Below, piece after piece: positions 62,982-64,000 of a stretch of DNA of 64,000 bases. The translations under genes were made by a program, and so were the position numbers. Source of the DNA: Magallana gigas (taxonomy: Eukaryota). The stretch is from assembly GCF_963853765.1 (NCBI RefSeq), contig NC_088858.1:2418001-2482000 (forward strand). Reading direction: 5' to 3'. Below the pieces are notes generated by a model. It saw only the letters and a list, made by a program, of their open reading frames with translations, did not search any database and was not told where the DNA came from. Each line of letters opens with the position of its first letter. The first letter of the stretch is position 1.

Positions 62982-64000
62982 TGAAAGAATGAATACAAAT
63001 CTAACAAAACCACTGTTTTAGGCGTAAATTCCAGAACCTTGCTTCACCTAGAGGGAATATTTATCCCCCGGTTTCAATGACAAATCTCTTCCCGGAACAA
63101 CTCGTATCTACTTCACCAAAAATTCAACAGACATCCTGGATTTGTAAGTTCCATGCTTGTGCCCTCATTTGCTTGCTCCTACTTTTGTCCCGCATCCTTA
63201 GATCATAAAAATTATTTTTGGGGAAACTGAACCAGTCGATTTCAGTGTTTGTAAACCGTTTACGAAATTTCGCAATGCATGACACTACTAGTATTCTACA
63301 GTATTTATCAATAAAAAAAACCTATTTGGTATATATAGACAAACAATTCAATCATTAACATATAGTTTTTAAAATTTATGGACATACTGAAGTAATTGTT
63401 AGCCATAATTTTATATTTGATAGAGAATGTTTGAGATATGTTGGCATGTAATTATGAAAACAAATAATAAAGTCAATCAAAGAACGATTGCATTTATGGA
63501 TTTAAATAGATACATTCAAAGAGGTTTTGATACGATTTTTTCGGATTTAGATTATTCATAGACATTTAAAAATCACGAATTAAATGAATGCTAATTTTGA
63601 TGACATAAAGCTTGAATTTAAATCAGAAGTATCCATCATTGCTGAAACGTTACGGGAAAAAGCAATTTGTTGATGTTTTCTACATAAAAACGGCACTAAA
63701 ATAGGACCCATTTTCTAAAGCTAAGTGCACTCGTCCTTTTTTTTTTTTTTTTTAAAGTTTTTCAACTATTTTGTCATTAAAATCCCAATGATATAACTTT
63801 TTAATTTAAAAAAAAATTACATCGACTGCTTTACTGAGAATTTGAAAAAAAAACAAAACTTTTTTTTTCATTTTAGTGATGTTCCTAAAAATTTCTTTGT
63901 TGGAAGAATTGATAAGAACGTCGTTAACAGAATTGAAGAGCTCTGGAACTATCCACCAACAGGCATTCGTCAGATGAAGTTGGACGAAAATATCTGGGGA

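Overview
AT-rich, intron-containing animal genomic DNA, most likely a bivalve mollusc such as an oyster (inferred from the gene set and repeat types; not verified). There are five protein-coding loci. (1) The 3' terminal exon of an unidentified gene with a long Ser/Asp/Pro-rich disordered tail (<1..1951, +). (2) A 7-exon, 291-aa gene (7516->4278, -) that fuses a 3-hydroxyacyl-CoA dehydrogenase-type NAD-binding Rossmann domain to a C-terminal C3HC4 RING finger; its dehydrogenase catalytic His and Ser appear to be replaced. (3) CAMKMT, 10 exons (7814->15932, +), head-to-head with gene 2. (4) A 3-exon, 530-aa secreted AA15/LPMO-like (chitin-binding type-4) protein (34772->28846, -) whose copper histidine brace looks broken and whose N-terminus reads like an amidated-peptide precursor (QPKWTH-G-KR). 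(5) An intronless-looking 211-aa orphan ORF (57031..57666, +). The rest is gene-poor. It holds minisatellites (39, 28, 30, 41/43, 22, ~24-26 and 60 bp units), microsatellites, non-autonomous DNA transposons (Kolobok-like, MITEs, Helentron/HINE-like, a nested Harbinger-like pair) and a near-perfect 179-bp-arm inverted repeat. Exon structures were assembled by eye from GT-AG sites and frame continuity, and family assignments come from recalled motifs, not database searches.
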